From Ferruginibacter sp. (lineage in GTDB: Bacteria > Bacteroidota > Bacteroidia > Chitinophagales > Chitinophagaceae): 64,000 nucleotides of DNA. The DNA lies in the NCBI GenBank assembly GCA_035485735.1, contig DATHNS010000015.1:38881-102880 (forward strand), in the 5' to 3' direction. Below, one piece after another: positions 1 to 10,161 of the stretch; the stretch's first letter is position 1; every line of letters begins with the position of its first letter. The notes below the pieces were generated by a model, which saw only the letters and a list, made by a program, of their open reading frames with translations, was not told the DNA's origin and made no database searches. The translations under genes were made by a program, and so were the position numbers.

Positions 1-19
1 CATCTTTCAATTTCAAAAA

Positions 20-76
20 TAAGCAAAAGCCCATAAGTTTTTCACTTATGGGTTTTAACTTTTAACTTTTGACTTA
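20..76. repeat. Heptamer array (AAAGTYA/AAACCCA family) merged with a hairpin downstream of dapD
   Basis: TAAGCAA AAGCCCA TAAGTTT / TCACTTA TGGGTTT TAACTTT TAACTTT TGACTTA. Confidence 0.75.
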
Positions 77-81
77 TTATT

Positions 82-894
82 TTATACCGCGACATTGAAG
101 TCTCTAAGTGCATCGTTCAAGCTCGTCTTAAGATCTGTGGATGGTTTTCTTTGTCCGATTATCAATGCGCAGCTTACACCGTATTCACCTGCGGCAAATT
201 TCTTATTATATGTTCCCGGTATTACTACGCTTCTTGAAGGAACGATACCTCTGTATTCAATCGGCTCCGCACCACTTACATCAATTATCTTTGTTGATTG
301 TGTTAGTACAACATTAGCTCCCAGCACAGCTTCTTTTTCTACTCTAACACCTTCCACTACAATGCAGCGGCTACCAATAAAACATCCGTCTTCAATAATA
401 ACCGGACTGGCTTGTAATGGCTCCAATACACCGCCGATACCTACGCCACCACTTAAATGTACATGTTTTCCTATTTGCGCGCAACTACCTACCGTTGCCC
501 ATGTATCAACCATTGTTCCTTCATCTACAAATGCGCCGATATTTACGAAGCTGGGCATCAGCACTACATTCTTAGCTACATAAGCTCCATATCTTGCAAC
601 AGCGCCCGGCACTGCTCTTACACCCAGTGCTGCGTAACCACTTTTTAATTTCATCTTATCATAAAACTCAAATGGAGGCATTGCTAATGTTTCCATAGTT
701 TGAATACCAAAGTACATTAATATGGCTTGCTTTACCCATTCATTTATCTGCCAGCCATTTGCGATTGGTTCGGCAGTACGTAATCTTCCTTTGTCCACTT
801 CTTCAATTACATCTTTTACAGCCTGTGTGTATTTGGCGTCTTTTAGCAATTCTCTGTTAGCAAATGCTGCCTGTATCAATTGTTGTAAATCCAT
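82..894 (-). CDS. dapD: 2,3,4,5-tetrahydropyridine-2,6-dicarboxylate N-succinyltransferase
   Basis: W..NEWVKQAILMYF, FYDK, VLMPSFVNIGAFVDEGTMVDTWATVGSCAQIGKHVHLSGGVGIGGVLEPLQA hexapeptide-repeat signature. Confidence 0.97.
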   Translation of the reverse strand: MDLQQLIQAAFANRELLKDAKYTQAVKDVIEEVDKGRLRTAEPIANGWQINEWVKQAILMYFGIQTMETLAMPPFEFYDKMKLKSGYAALGVRAVPGAVARYGAYVAKNVVLMPSFVNIGAFVDEGTMVDTWATVGSCAQIGKHVHLSGGVGIGGVLEPLQASPVIIEDGCFIGSRCIVVEGVRVEKEAVLGANVVLTQSTKIIDVSGAEPIEYRGIVPSRSVVIPGTYNKKFAAGEYGVSCALIIGQRKPSTDLKTSLNDALRDFNVAV

Positions 895-948
895 TATACT
901 TTTATTTTGCGCGAAAATAATTAATAGTAAGTGTAAAAAATAATTTGA

Positions 949-1731
949 TTATTTATCCTTTGCAGATTGTTTTTGTTCCAGGTAAATCATTTTAAGCTTG
1001 GCATATTTTTGCAAAGTAGTATTGGCGTGGGCAACAGCCAGCAGCCAGCCTCTCCAGCCATCCAAAAAACCTCCCCTCAAAATAAAGGCTTTAATGAAAG
1101 TAAATATCGGACTGATCGTCAATTTTATAAAGCCTGGATCTCTTTTACCTGCTTTAAAATATTCCGCTGCCGATAAGCTGCTATATCTATCCATTTTTAT
1201 GCTATGTTCCGAAACGTTCCTGTAAGTGTAATGAAGCAAATATCCTTTTAACAATGAGGTGGCAAGCGTTGAATCAAATACAAGATCCTCATGCACCAGC
1301 TTGTCGTTCCATTTGGCAAAAGACTTATGGTATAATCTTACTTTGATATCAGGATTTTCCATGCCATGCCTGATAAATTTCCCATAGTAAAAATTCAATC
1401 TTCTACATTGATATATTGATTGTTTGAAACCTTCTTTTTTTACCTGTTGTATGCTTTCGATCAACCGGTCATCCAATACCTCATCCGCATCTAATACTAA
1501 AATATAATCATTGGCTGTTTTACTTACGGCAAAATTGCGTTGGTTACCAAAGCCCAGCCAATCCTGCGTAATGAATGTTACACCCTTTTTAATACAAATA
1601 TTTTCTGTTTGATCAGTGCTGCCGCTATCCACCACAATGATCTCATCCGATACTTTCCATGCAGCATCGAGCGTAGCAGCAATATTTTGCTCCTCGTTGT
1701 TGGTTATAATAATGGTAGATAATTTATCCAT
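949..1731 (-). CDS. Glycosyltransferase family 2 (WaaE/KdtX-like, probably LPS core)
   Basis: LSTIIITNNEE, VVDSGSTD, GFGNQRNFA, LVLDADE, LVHE, LLHYTY, GFLDGWRG. Confidence 0.9.
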   Translation of the reverse strand: MDKLSTIIITNNEEQNIAATLDAAWKVSDEIIVVDSGSTDQTENICIKKGVTFITQDWLGFGNQRNFAVSKTANDYILVLDADEVLDDRLIESIQQVKKEGFKQSIYQCRRLNFYYGKFIRHGMENPDIKVRLYHKSFAKWNDKLVHEDLVFDSTLATSLLKGYLLHYTYRNVSEHSIKMDRYSSLSAAEYFKAGKRDPGFIKLTISPIFTFIKAFILRGGFLDGWRGWLLAVAHANTTLQKYAKLKMIYLEQKQSAKDK

Positions 1732-1763
1732 TTGAGGGCTGCAATATACAATTAATATAGCGC

Positions 1764-1794
1764 TTTGTGCTTCTCAAAAGCAACTGTACCTTTG
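1764..1794 (+). promoter_or_regulatory. Bacteroidota housekeeping promoter for the GT4-tsaC operon
   Basis: TTTG (1764) then 19 nt then TACCTTTG (1787), matching the -33/-7 consensus. Confidence 0.75.
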
Positions 1795-1813
1795 CCATTA
1801 ATAGTTACTTATT

Positions 1814-2965
1814 ATGAATATAGGATATGACGGCAAAAGGGCTTTTCAAAACAAAACAGGTTTGGGTAATTATATCCGATCGCTGATCGCTATCCTTACC
1901 CATCATTATCCGCAGCATGACTATACTTTATTTGCGCCAAAAATAACCGGCCTGTTTGATGTCACTGCTTTTCAAAACGTAAAAGTAATTGCCCCGCAAA
2001 CTTCATTAGGCAAACGTTTCCCCGGCTTATGGCGCAGGAAGGGCATGTTAAAAGAGATCGTCAATAATAAGACAGATATATTTCACGGCGTGAGCAATGA
2101 AATTCCGAACGGCATAGAACATACTACTGTAAAGACTGTGGTAACGGTGCATGATCTTATTTATGAGCGTTATCCTGAAACCTATACGCTCGATGTTCGT
2201 TATGTAAGCCGATGGAAAATAAAACATGCCTGCAAACACGCGAATGCCGTTATTGCCATTAGTCAGCAGACAAAAAATGACCTGATGCATTTTTATGGTG
2301 TTGATGAAAATAAAATTTCAATCTGTTATCAAAGTTGCAATCCTATTTTTCAAAGAGTAGTGGGTGAAGCAGAAAAAAATGCTATAAAAAAAAGATACAA
2401 CCTGCCTGATACTTATTTTCTTTTTGTAAGTTCCATTACCGGGAGAAAAAATTTAATTGCTGTTTGTAAAGCATTGGTATTATTGAAAGATGCAACAACC
2501 GTTCCGCTGGTAATTATTGGCAACGGCAAAAAAGAAAAAGAAGAGGCCAAAAAATTTATGTCTACAAATGGTATCTCCGACAGATTGATATTTCTAAATG
2601 AATTGCCGCAATCAAAAGAAAGCAATTTCACTACAGCAGCCGATTTTCCTGCTATATATCAGCAAGCACTTGCATTAGTTTATCCATCTATATTCGAAGG
2701 TTTTGGCGCGCCATTGTTAGAAGCATTGTGCAGCGGCCTACCGGTTATCAGTAGCAATACATCTTCCCTGCCTGAAGTTGGCGGTGATGCGGCCCTGTAT
2801 TTCTCTCCGCATGATCATGCAACGTTGGCTGCGCACATGCTGCAAATTTCAACTGACAGCGAGCTTGTTACTGCAATGCGTAAAAAAGGATTTGCACAGG
2901 CACAAAAATTCACCACACAAAAACATGCTGATAGCATCATGCAGGTCTATCAAAAAATACTATGA
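1814..2965 (+). CDS. Glycosyltransferase family 4 (GT-B)
   Basis: IGYDGKRAFQNKTGLGNY, VVTVHDLI, VYPSIFEGFGAPLLEA, SSLPEVGGDA. Confidence 0.92.
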   Translation: MNIGYDGKRAFQNKTGLGNYIRSLIAILTHHYPQHDYTLFAPKITGLFDVTAFQNVKVIAPQTSLGKRFPGLWRRKGMLKEIVNNKTDIFHGVSNEIPNGIEHTTVKTVVTVHDLIYERYPETYTLDVRYVSRWKIKHACKHANAVIAISQQTKNDLMHFYGVDENKISICYQSCNPIFQRVVGEAEKNAIKKRYNLPDTYFLFVSSITGRKNLIAVCKALVLLKDATTVPLVIIGNGKKEKEEAKKFMSTNGISDRLIFLNELPQSKESNFTTAADFPAIYQQALALVYPSIFEGFGAPLLEALCSGLPVISSNTSSLPEVGGDAALYFSPHDHATLAAHMLQISTDSELVTAMRKKGFAQAQKFTTQKHADSIMQVYQKIL

Positions 2966-3534
2966 TCGATTTTACAAAAGATATCGAAACTTGCCTCCAG
3001 GTATTAAAAACCGGCGGACTTATTTTATATCCTACGGATACGATCTGGGGTATAGGCTGTGATGCAACGAACGAAGAAGCCGTAGCAAAGATCTATCAAT
3101 TAAAAAAACGGTCTGATGAAAAAAGTATGATCGTTTTGCTGGCAGAACAAAGAGATATTCTCCATTATGTAGCGCAGCCCGACCTGGGCGTATTTGAATT
3201 TTTAAGCGAAGTGGAGAAACCTACTACGGTTATTTATAACGGTGCGATCGGATTAGCGGAAAATCTGATCAACAAAAATGGAACAATCGCTATTAGAATC
3301 GTTGAGGAAACATTTTGCAACCATCTGATCAAACGTTTTAAAAAACCTATCGTATCTACTTCTGCTAACGTTTCCGGTTATCCGCCACCACAAATATTTT
3401 CCGATATCGATATCCTGATAAAAGACGGGGTTGATTATGTCGTAAACTATCGCCAGGATGATTCGGTGATCGCCACGCCATCTGCTATCATCCAATGGAA
3501 CCCGGATGGCAGTTATGATATTATTCGTCCTTAA
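2962..3534 (+). CDS. tsaC: L-threonylcarbamoyladenylate synthase (Sua5/YrdC)
   Basis: GGLILYPTDTIWGIGCDA, KIYQLKKR, PIVSTSANVSG; ATGA overlap with upstream gene. Confidence 0.93.
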   Translation: MIDFTKDIETCLQVLKTGGLILYPTDTIWGIGCDATNEEAVAKIYQLKKRSDEKSMIVLLAEQRDILHYVAQPDLGVFEFLSEVEKPTTVIYNGAIGLAENLINKNGTIAIRIVEETFCNHLIKRFKKPIVSTSANVSGYPPPQIFSDIDILIKDGVDYVVNYRQDDSVIATPSAIIQWNPDGSYDIIRP

Positions 3535-3535
3535 A

Positions 3536-4123
3536 TTAAAATAAGCTAAGTCCTAATCCTACCTGGATACTCTGACTCTTCCATTGATCTTCGTTTGCTA
3601 TATCATGTATATTACTTAAGCCAACGGCATAGCGGCCGTATACATGAACGCTACGAATCTTTATTTCCAGGCCGCCTAACAAACTAAAATCTCCCATCTT
3701 AAAAGCATTTTGTCCGTTTTGTTGATAGCTGTCGCCAGGGTTTAATAAGATACTGTATTGCGGGCCAGCCTGTAATGCAATTCCTTTTGACAATTTATAC
3801 TCCAATAACAACGGAATGCTCAGGTAACTTAAATTGATATGCGATATTTTATTAAGATCGGGATTATAAATAGCATCAGTACTGGTAGCCGTATCCACAT
3901 TCACCTGGCTGAATAATACTTCCGGTTGAAGGGCCCAATGTTTCCCTAAGCTAATATTTGCAAAAGCACCTGCATGATAACCAAAGCTAAATTCATTACT
4001 AAAAGCTTCGCCTGATATCTTGTTAATATTGGCGCCCGCTTTTATGCCAAAATCAAATGATTGAGAATAGGCCGCAGAAAATGCAAATACTACGATGATC
4101 GTTGAACAAAGAATCTTTTTCAT
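3536..4123 (-). CDS. Outer-membrane beta-barrel protein (porin/PorT-like family)
   Basis: Signal peptide, FGIKAGAN, LQPEVLFSQ, YLSIPLL, GRYAVGLSNI, C-terminal Phe. Confidence 0.8.
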   Translation of the reverse strand: MKKILCSTIIVVFAFSAAYSQSFDFGIKAGANINKISGEAFSNEFSFGYHAGAFANISLGKHWALQPEVLFSQVNVDTATSTDAIYNPDLNKISHINLSYLSIPLLLEYKLSKGIALQAGPQYSILLNPGDSYQQNGQNAFKMGDFSLLGGLEIKIRSVHVYGRYAVGLSNIHDIANEDQWKSQSIQVGLGLSLF

Positions 4124-4354
4124 AAGTTTATTTTATTGGTCTAAAGATAATATAACAAACCGTACCAGTATAAATTTAGATTGTTACAGCCATGTTATTA
4201 TACATAGACCAAATAAAAAGAACAAAGTTTATGCCACTACAATAAAGATAGAATTATCTTTTTCACATTTCTTTATACTTCTGTAACAGTTACCTATTAA
4301 CGTTTCGGGAATAAATGCATAACCAACCAATTTTCACAATTTAAATTCCTGTTT

Positions 4355-5302
4355 ATGAAACTTACGATTACGGCTTTTATAGCCGCTGCTATTCTTATGT
4401 CTTCCTGCGGAAGGGGCTCGAGCCCTTATACAGCAACTACCGAATCTGTGGAAGACTCAACCAATATTAGTTCCTCCCCGGATTCTCAAACTATTGTTGA
4501 CCCAAACACTATTGATACACGAGTGCCCAATATGCTATATGGCAATAGTATTCAGCGAAAATTAACCAAAACTGTCAATTACGATTTTAAAGTAAGCGCT
4601 GTTGAAAAAACAGCGTATGAAATTGATAAGATCGTTAAACAAATGAACGGCTATACAACAAATGCCGTTTTAAAAAATGAGATCACCAACACCCAACAGT
4701 TTCCTTATTCAAAAGATTCATTGTGTGAAGTATCGACTTACAATACAACAAACGTGATTACAATTTTTGTACCTGCCGAAGAACTGGATAGTATGATGCA
4801 ATTGATACAACAAAAAATCGGCTTTCTACATACACGCGATATCGCGGTAGAAGATGTGAGCTTAAAAATATTGGGCAATGAAATGGATATAAACGCGCAA
4901 AATAAGTATACAGAAAAAATGCAGGCGCATACCGACAATGAACCCCATAAATTAAACCAGGTAGATGCGGTTCAAAAAAATATTTTAGAAAATGACATTC
5001 AGGGAAACGCGACAGTGATCGATAATATTAAATTGAACGATCAGGTAAAATACAGCCAGGTAAATATTACTTTAAGTCAGGATCCTTCGATTGTAAAATC
5101 TATTGTACCCAACACCAATATTGCTTCAATGCATACGCCGTCTTTTATTAGCCGCATGTCTGCCGCATTTGAAAACGGATGGGATTTTTGTATCGATGCA
5201 ATTGTTGCCGTTACGAATATCTGGTTTGTTTTTGTCTTAATATTTATTGTCTGGATGATGATCAAAAAGAGAAAAATATTGTTTGGCTTTTTGATAAAAT
5301 AA
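4355..5302 (+). CDS. DUF4349-like lipoprotein with C-terminal transmembrane helix
   Basis: Lipobox MSSC, V..V..T..EI...V.QMNGY, EDVSL, coiled coil, C-terminal hydrophobic helix. Confidence 0.7.
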   Translation: MKLTITAFIAAAILMSSCGRGSSPYTATTESVEDSTNISSSPDSQTIVDPNTIDTRVPNMLYGNSIQRKLTKTVNYDFKVSAVEKTAYEIDKIVKQMNGYTTNAVLKNEITNTQQFPYSKDSLCEVSTYNTTNVITIFVPAEELDSMMQLIQQKIGFLHTRDIAVEDVSLKILGNEMDINAQNKYTEKMQAHTDNEPHKLNQVDAVQKNILENDIQGNATVIDNIKLNDQVKYSQVNITLSQDPSIVKSIVPNTNIASMHTPSFISRMSAAFENGWDFCIDAIVAVTNIWFVFVLIFIVWMMIKKRKILFGFLIK

Positions 5303-5367
5303 AAAATCCGTACCCTATTAAATCTACGTTACTTTTAAGCTTATTGGGTTTTACCACAAAAAAAGCT

Positions 5368-5375
5368 TACCTTTG
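5368..5375 (+). promoter_or_regulatory. -7 promoter element for deaD
   Basis: TACCTTTG = TAnnTTTG, about 150 nt upstream of the ATG. Confidence 0.65.
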
Positions 5376-5523
5376 CGGGAATTATTTATTTACGAGTATT
5401 GCATGAAGAGCCTTAATGGCTGTTGGAATTAGTTTTGATTTTGATACTTTAATTCAGTTTAAAGGTGTTTTCCCAAATTAACAACAGGTAAGTGGCTATC
5501 ATGTAAACATTAAAACATTTTAC

Positions 5524-7287
5524 ATGAACGCATTTCAAGCCTTAGGCTTAAACGAACAATTAGTACAAGCGATAACCGATCTAGGTTTCGAAAACCCCAC
5601 CCCCATTCAGGAACAAGCTATCCCGGTTTTATTATCAGGAACAACAGATTTCGTTGGATTAGCACAAACCGGTACAGGTAAGACTGCCGCATTTGGTTTA
5701 CCGTTATTACATTTAATAGATCCTGCACAAAGACATCCGCAAGCGTTGATCGTTTGTCCGACAAGAGAATTGTGTTTGCAAATAACCAATGACCTGATGA
5801 TCTTTATGAAACACACTAAAGGTGTTTATACAGAAGCGGTTTATGGTGGTACATCGATCATGATGCAGATCAAGAATCTTAGAAAAGGGGTGCATATTGT
5901 TATTGCAACACCGGGTAGATTAATTGATCTGATCGAACGTAAAGCGATCGATCTTCAAAAAGTAAAATATGTAGTATTAGATGAAGCCGATGAAATGTTG
6001 AACATGGGCTTTAGAGATGATATTGATTTTGTATTGAAGAACACGATCAACAGAGAAAGCATTTGGTTGTTCAGCGCAACAATGCCACCTGAAGTTAGAG
6101 CGATCGCTAAGAACTTCATGGAAAATCCTAAAGAAATCACAGTTGGTAAAAAGAACAGCGGTAACGCAAATATCGATCATCAATTCATGACCGTTGCAGC
6201 ACACCAGCGTTACGAAGCATTAAAAAGAGTGATCGATTTTAATCCGGGCATGTATGGTATCATTTTTACCCGTACCAAATTAGATGCACAGGATATAGCA
6301 GAAAAATTAACAAGAGAAGGATACGAGATCGAAGCATTGCATGGTGATCTAACCCAGCAACAACGTGATAAAGTAATGGGCCGCTTTCGTCAAAAACATT
6401 TACAGCTATTGATCGCAACGGATGTTGCGGCTCGTGGTATTGATGTTGATGGAATTTCGCACGTTATCAATTACGAATTACCTGATGATATTGAAGTCTA
6501 CACACACAGAAGTGGCCGTACGGCTCGTGCCGGTAAAACAGGTATCTGTTTATCAATTTGTCATTCAAGAGAAACATTCAAGATCAAGCAATTGGAAAGA
6601 ATGGTTAACTCTCAGTTCCATAAAATAGACGTACCAAGCGGTAAAGAAGTTTGTCGCAAACAATTTTTCCATTTCATGGATAAATTAATGTCGGCCGATG
6701 TATCTAACGGCGATTACGAAACTTATATGCCTGATCTTCAGGAAAAATTCAAGGACATCACTAAAGAAGAAATTTTACAAAGAGTTGCTTCATTAGAGTT
6801 CGATCATTTCTTGAAATATTACGAAAATGCGCAGGACCTGAATACAAATATGCGTGCTCCGGCCAGAGATAGCAGGGATGGCAATTTTGCTCCGAGAGAT
6901 AATGATAGCAGAAAAGAAAGAAGCAATTTCAACCAACGCGATAACGGTTATACAAGATTGTTCATCAACCTTGGAACGAAAGACGGTTTTTACAAAGCGA
7001 ATTTCTTACAATTCATTTTGGATGAAAGCAATCTAAAAAAAGAAGTGCTTGGCCGTGTTGACATGAAAGAAATGAATAGTTGGGTAGAAGTTGATAAAGG
7101 CTCTGCAGCAAAAATGATCAGTGCATTGGATGGCAAAAAACATAGTGGCCGCTCAATCAGAATGAATGAAGCTGACGGTGGGTTTAAACCAGGCGGAGAT
7201 CGTGGTGGTGAAAACCGAGGAGGCGGAGAACATCGTGGTGGTAGCGGCGAAGGAAGAAAAAGAACCTATAGCAGAGATAGGAACTAA
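5524..7287 (+). CDS. deaD: DEAD-box RNA helicase with DbpA-type RNA-binding domain (DeaD/CsdA-like)
   Basis: PTPIQ, AQTGTGKT, PTREL, TPGR, DEAD, SAT, LHGD, ARGID, HRSGRTARAG; RLFINLG domain and RGG tail. Confidence 0.93.
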   Translation: MNAFQALGLNEQLVQAITDLGFENPTPIQEQAIPVLLSGTTDFVGLAQTGTGKTAAFGLPLLHLIDPAQRHPQALIVCPTRELCLQITNDLMIFMKHTKGVYTEAVYGGTSIMMQIKNLRKGVHIVIATPGRLIDLIERKAIDLQKVKYVVLDEADEMLNMGFRDDIDFVLKNTINRESIWLFSATMPPEVRAIAKNFMENPKEITVGKKNSGNANIDHQFMTVAAHQRYEALKRVIDFNPGMYGIIFTRTKLDAQDIAEKLTREGYEIEALHGDLTQQQRDKVMGRFRQKHLQLLIATDVAARGIDVDGISHVINYELPDDIEVYTHRSGRTARAGKTGICLSICHSRETFKIKQLERMVNSQFHKIDVPSGKEVCRKQFFHFMDKLMSADVSNGDYETYMPDLQEKFKDITKEEILQRVASLEFDHFLKYYENAQDLNTNMRAPARDSRDGNFAPRDNDSRKERSNFNQRDNGYTRLFINLGTKDGFYKANFLQFILDESNLKKEVLGRVDMKEMNSWVEVDKGSAAKMISALDGKKHSGRSIRMNEADGGFKPGGDRGGENRGGGEHRGGSGEGRKRTYSRDRN

Positions 7288-7320
7288 TTGTAAATGGTAA
7301 ATTATAAATGGTAAATATTA
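7286..7320. repeat. Heptamer tandem array (AATGGTA family)
   Basis: AATTGTA AATGGTA AATTATA AATGGTA AATATTA, starting in the helicase stop codon. Confidence 0.85.
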
Positions 7321-7332
7321 CCAGATATTATT

Positions 7333-7370
7333 AAAAAAATAACCCGCGAAATTTCGTGGGTTATTTTTTT
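7333..7370. terminator. Bidirectional intrinsic terminator between deaD and mutS
   Basis: AAAAAAATAACCCGCGAA-AT-TTCGTGGGTTATTTTTTT. Confidence 0.88.
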
Positions 7371-7477
7371 AATGTTCAATTATCAACGCTCAATATTCAA
7401 TGTTCAACTGATGAACTTCAAATAGTAAGGAGTTTTATAATTGAGAATTGAACATTGAATATTGAGCATTGAACATT
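7371..7477. repeat. Heptamer-arm palindrome (TTGARHA family), copy 1
   Basis: Left AATGTTC AATTATC AACGCTC AATATTC AATGTTC; right TTGAGAA TTGAACA TTGAATA TTGAGCA TTGAACA. Confidence 0.9.
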
Positions 7478-7483
7478 TCCTTA

Positions 7484-10078
7484 TTACTTCAAAAATCCTT
7501 TGATTTCCTGCAATTTCAGCAGCGCCTCAACCGGCGTTAACCGATTAATATCTGTGCTTTCTAATAATTTTCTTATCTCATCAAAAGTAGCTGAATGGGC
7601 ATCAAAAATGCTAAGCTGCATTTTCGGCGCGGCGATTTGTTTCACGGTATCTTCGATCGGACTGCCTACATGCGTTTCTTCCAATTGAACTAAAATTTCA
7701 TTGGCCCTATCGATCAATGATGGTGGCATACCGGCCATACGGGCAACATGAATACCAAAGCTATGTGTGCTGCCGCCCGGAGCCAGCTTACGTAAGAAGA
7801 TAATTTTATTACCTACTTCTTTATTAGTAACATGATAATTTTTTACGCCTTCAAATTTGTTTTCGAGTTCATTCAACTCGTGGTAATGCGTGGCGAATAA
7901 TGTTTTGGGTGAGTATTGGCTTTTGTGTAAATATTCAACAATACTCCAGGCGATAGAGATACCATCATAAGTCGATGTTCCTCTTCCTATTTCATCTAAT
8001 AATATCAAACTTCGGGAAGTAATGTTATTGATAATACTAGCAGTTTCATTCATCTCTACCATGAATGTACTTTCGCCACCACTTAAATTATCTGATGCTC
8101 CTACCCTTGTAAATATTTTATCTGTCAGCGGAATTTTTGCATCCGATGCCGGCACAAAGCTACCCATATGCGCCATCAACGTGATTAGGGCAGTCTGGCG
8201 AAGGATCGCACTCTTACCGCTCATATTCGGACCGGTCAAAATAATGATCTGCTGCGTTTCAGGATCGAGAAAAATATCGTTGGAAATATATGATTCGCCT
8301 ACCAGCAGATTTCTTTCGATCACAGGGTGCCTGCTATCTCTCAGGTCTAATATATTACCATCACTGATCGATGGTTTTTTATAATTGAAATGAAGCGCGT
8401 TGTTGGCAAAGCAAGTCAGGCAATCTAATGTTGCTAAAACATTCCCATTGATCTGCATGGGCGCGATATAATCCTGCAATTCATTCAACAGCTTTTCAAA
8501 CAGCTGCAATTCAATCTGCAATATTTTATCTTCTGCGCCGAGTATTTTTTCTTCGTAGACTTTTAATTCCGGTGTGATATAGCGTTCTGCATTTGCCAGT
8601 GTTTGTTTACGTATCCATGTTTCAGGAACTTTAGGCTTGTGCATATTGGTCACTTCCAAATAATAACCAAACACATTGTTGAAGCTTATTTTCAAAGAAG
8701 AAATACCTGTTGCCTGTGCTTCCTTTTGTTGCAGCTCTAACAAATAATCTTTACCGCCGCTTGATATTTTTCTTAGCTCATCTAATTCTTCATTGATGCC
8801 CATTGCGATCACGCCGCCTTTATTGGCTAAAGCCGGAGGGTTTTCATTGATCTCCTTACTAATCCTTTCTAAAATTAATTTGCAGGGGTTTAAAGAATCA
8901 CCCAAACGTTTTAAATAATCATTGCCAATAGATGCGCAAATGGTTTTGATCGCATCTACCTGTTGTAAGCCTTTGGCAATTTGTAATACTTCGCGCGGGT
9001 TCACTTTTTTCAGTGGCACTTTACTCACCAGTCTTTCAATATCACCGGCCTGTTTAACATGTGCCGCTATCTGCGTTCTAACGTCTACTTCTTTTATCAA
9101 AAATTCAACCGTGTTTAAACGTTCGTTGATCTTGATGATATTATTCAACGGTAATACCATCCAGCGTTTCAACATACGTGCGCCCATTGGTGAGACCGTA
9201 TTATCTATCACTTTCAATAAAGTGTTGCTCCCTTCGGCTCCGCCAAATAATTCAAGGTTGCGGATAGTGAAGCGATCCATCCATAAATGTTCTTCCCTAT
9301 CGATCCTTTGAATAGAAGTGATATGTCCTAGATTAGGATGTTCTGTATCTTTTAAATAATGCAATATTGCACCGGCAGCAACAATGCCTGCAAACATCCC
9401 TTCTACGCCAAAACCTTTTAAGCTATGTGTGCCAAAATGTTTTAATAAGCTTTCAGTTGCATATGCATCTGCAAAGATCCATTCATCTAAAGTGTAGGTA
9501 AAAAATTTAGAGCCGAAGGTTTCTTTGAAATTTTTCTGCTGGTTACGCTGAAAAATAACTTCTGCCGGCTGTAAGCTTTGTAATAATTTATCAGCGTATT
9601 CTTTATCGCCTTCGGCCAGAAAAAATTCTCCGGTACTGATATCTAAAAAAGCAATACCTATTTTATTTTCATTAAAATGTAAACCCGCTAAAAAATTATT
9701 TTTATTATGCTCTAATAATTTATCGCTGGTAGCAACACCTGGCGTCACCAATTCGGTTACGCCGCGTTTTACAATTCCTTTTACATCTTTAGGATTTTCT
9801 AATTGATCGCAGATGGCTACGCGATAACCAGCCTTCACTAATTTATGTAAATAAGTATCTAAAGAATGATGAGGGAATCCTGCCAGCTGAGAAGAATCTG
9901 CATTGCCATTATTTCTTTTGGTTAATGTGATGCCCAATACTGCCGATGCGTTAACAGCATCCTGACCAAAAGTTTCATAAAAATCGCCTACCCTAAATAG
10001 TAAAATAGCATCTGGATAGCGTGCCTTGATAGCACTATGTTGTTGCATTAATGGAGTTTCCCCGGTTGCCTTGGCCAT
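7484..10078 (-). CDS. mutS: DNA mismatch repair protein MutS
   Basis: TPLMQQ, FRVGDFYETF, ITGPNMSGKS-type P-loop, FMVEM, DEIGRGTST, ATHYHEL. Confidence 0.98.
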   Translation of the reverse strand: MAKATGETPLMQQHSAIKARYPDAILLFRVGDFYETFGQDAVNASAVLGITLTKRNNGNADSSQLAGFPHHSLDTYLHKLVKAGYRVAICDQLENPKDVKGIVKRGVTELVTPGVATSDKLLEHNKNNFLAGLHFNENKIGIAFLDISTGEFFLAEGDKEYADKLLQSLQPAEVIFQRNQQKNFKETFGSKFFTYTLDEWIFADAYATESLLKHFGTHSLKGFGVEGMFAGIVAAGAILHYLKDTEHPNLGHITSIQRIDREEHLWMDRFTIRNLELFGGAEGSNTLLKVIDNTVSPMGARMLKRWMVLPLNNIIKINERLNTVEFLIKEVDVRTQIAAHVKQAGDIERLVSKVPLKKVNPREVLQIAKGLQQVDAIKTICASIGNDYLKRLGDSLNPCKLILERISKEINENPPALANKGGVIAMGINEELDELRKISSGGKDYLLELQQKEAQATGISSLKISFNNVFGYYLEVTNMHKPKVPETWIRKQTLANAERYITPELKVYEEKILGAEDKILQIELQLFEKLLNELQDYIAPMQINGNVLATLDCLTCFANNALHFNYKKPSISDGNILDLRDSRHPVIERNLLVGESYISNDIFLDPETQQIIILTGPNMSGKSAILRQTALITLMAHMGSFVPASDAKIPLTDKIFTRVGASDNLSGGESTFMVEMNETASIINNITSRSLILLDEIGRGTSTYDGISIAWSIVEYLHKSQYSPKTLFATHYHELNELENKFEGVKNYHVTNKEVGNKIIFLRKLAPGGSTHSFGIHVARMAGMPPSLIDRANEILVQLEETHVGSPIEDTVKQIAAPKMQLSIFDAHSATFDEIRKLLESTDINRLTPVEALLKLQEIKGFLK

Positions 10079-10084
10079 AAGCTA

Positions 10085-10145
10085 CAAAAATATGGTTTTA
10101 TCAACTTTAATAAACCCCATTTCTCCCCAATGTGAATTACTTTTG
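10085..10145. promoter_or_regulatory. Divergent -7 elements for mutS (-) and the trmH-like gene (+)
   Basis: TATTTTTG on - at 10085..10092; TACTTTTG on + at 10138..10145. Confidence 0.7.
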
Positions 10146-10161
10146 CCTATAATTTTGGGAG

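Noticed and set aside
7286-7477. CRISPR array
   Set aside because: Units are 7 nt and contiguous with no unique spacers; no cas genes in the window.
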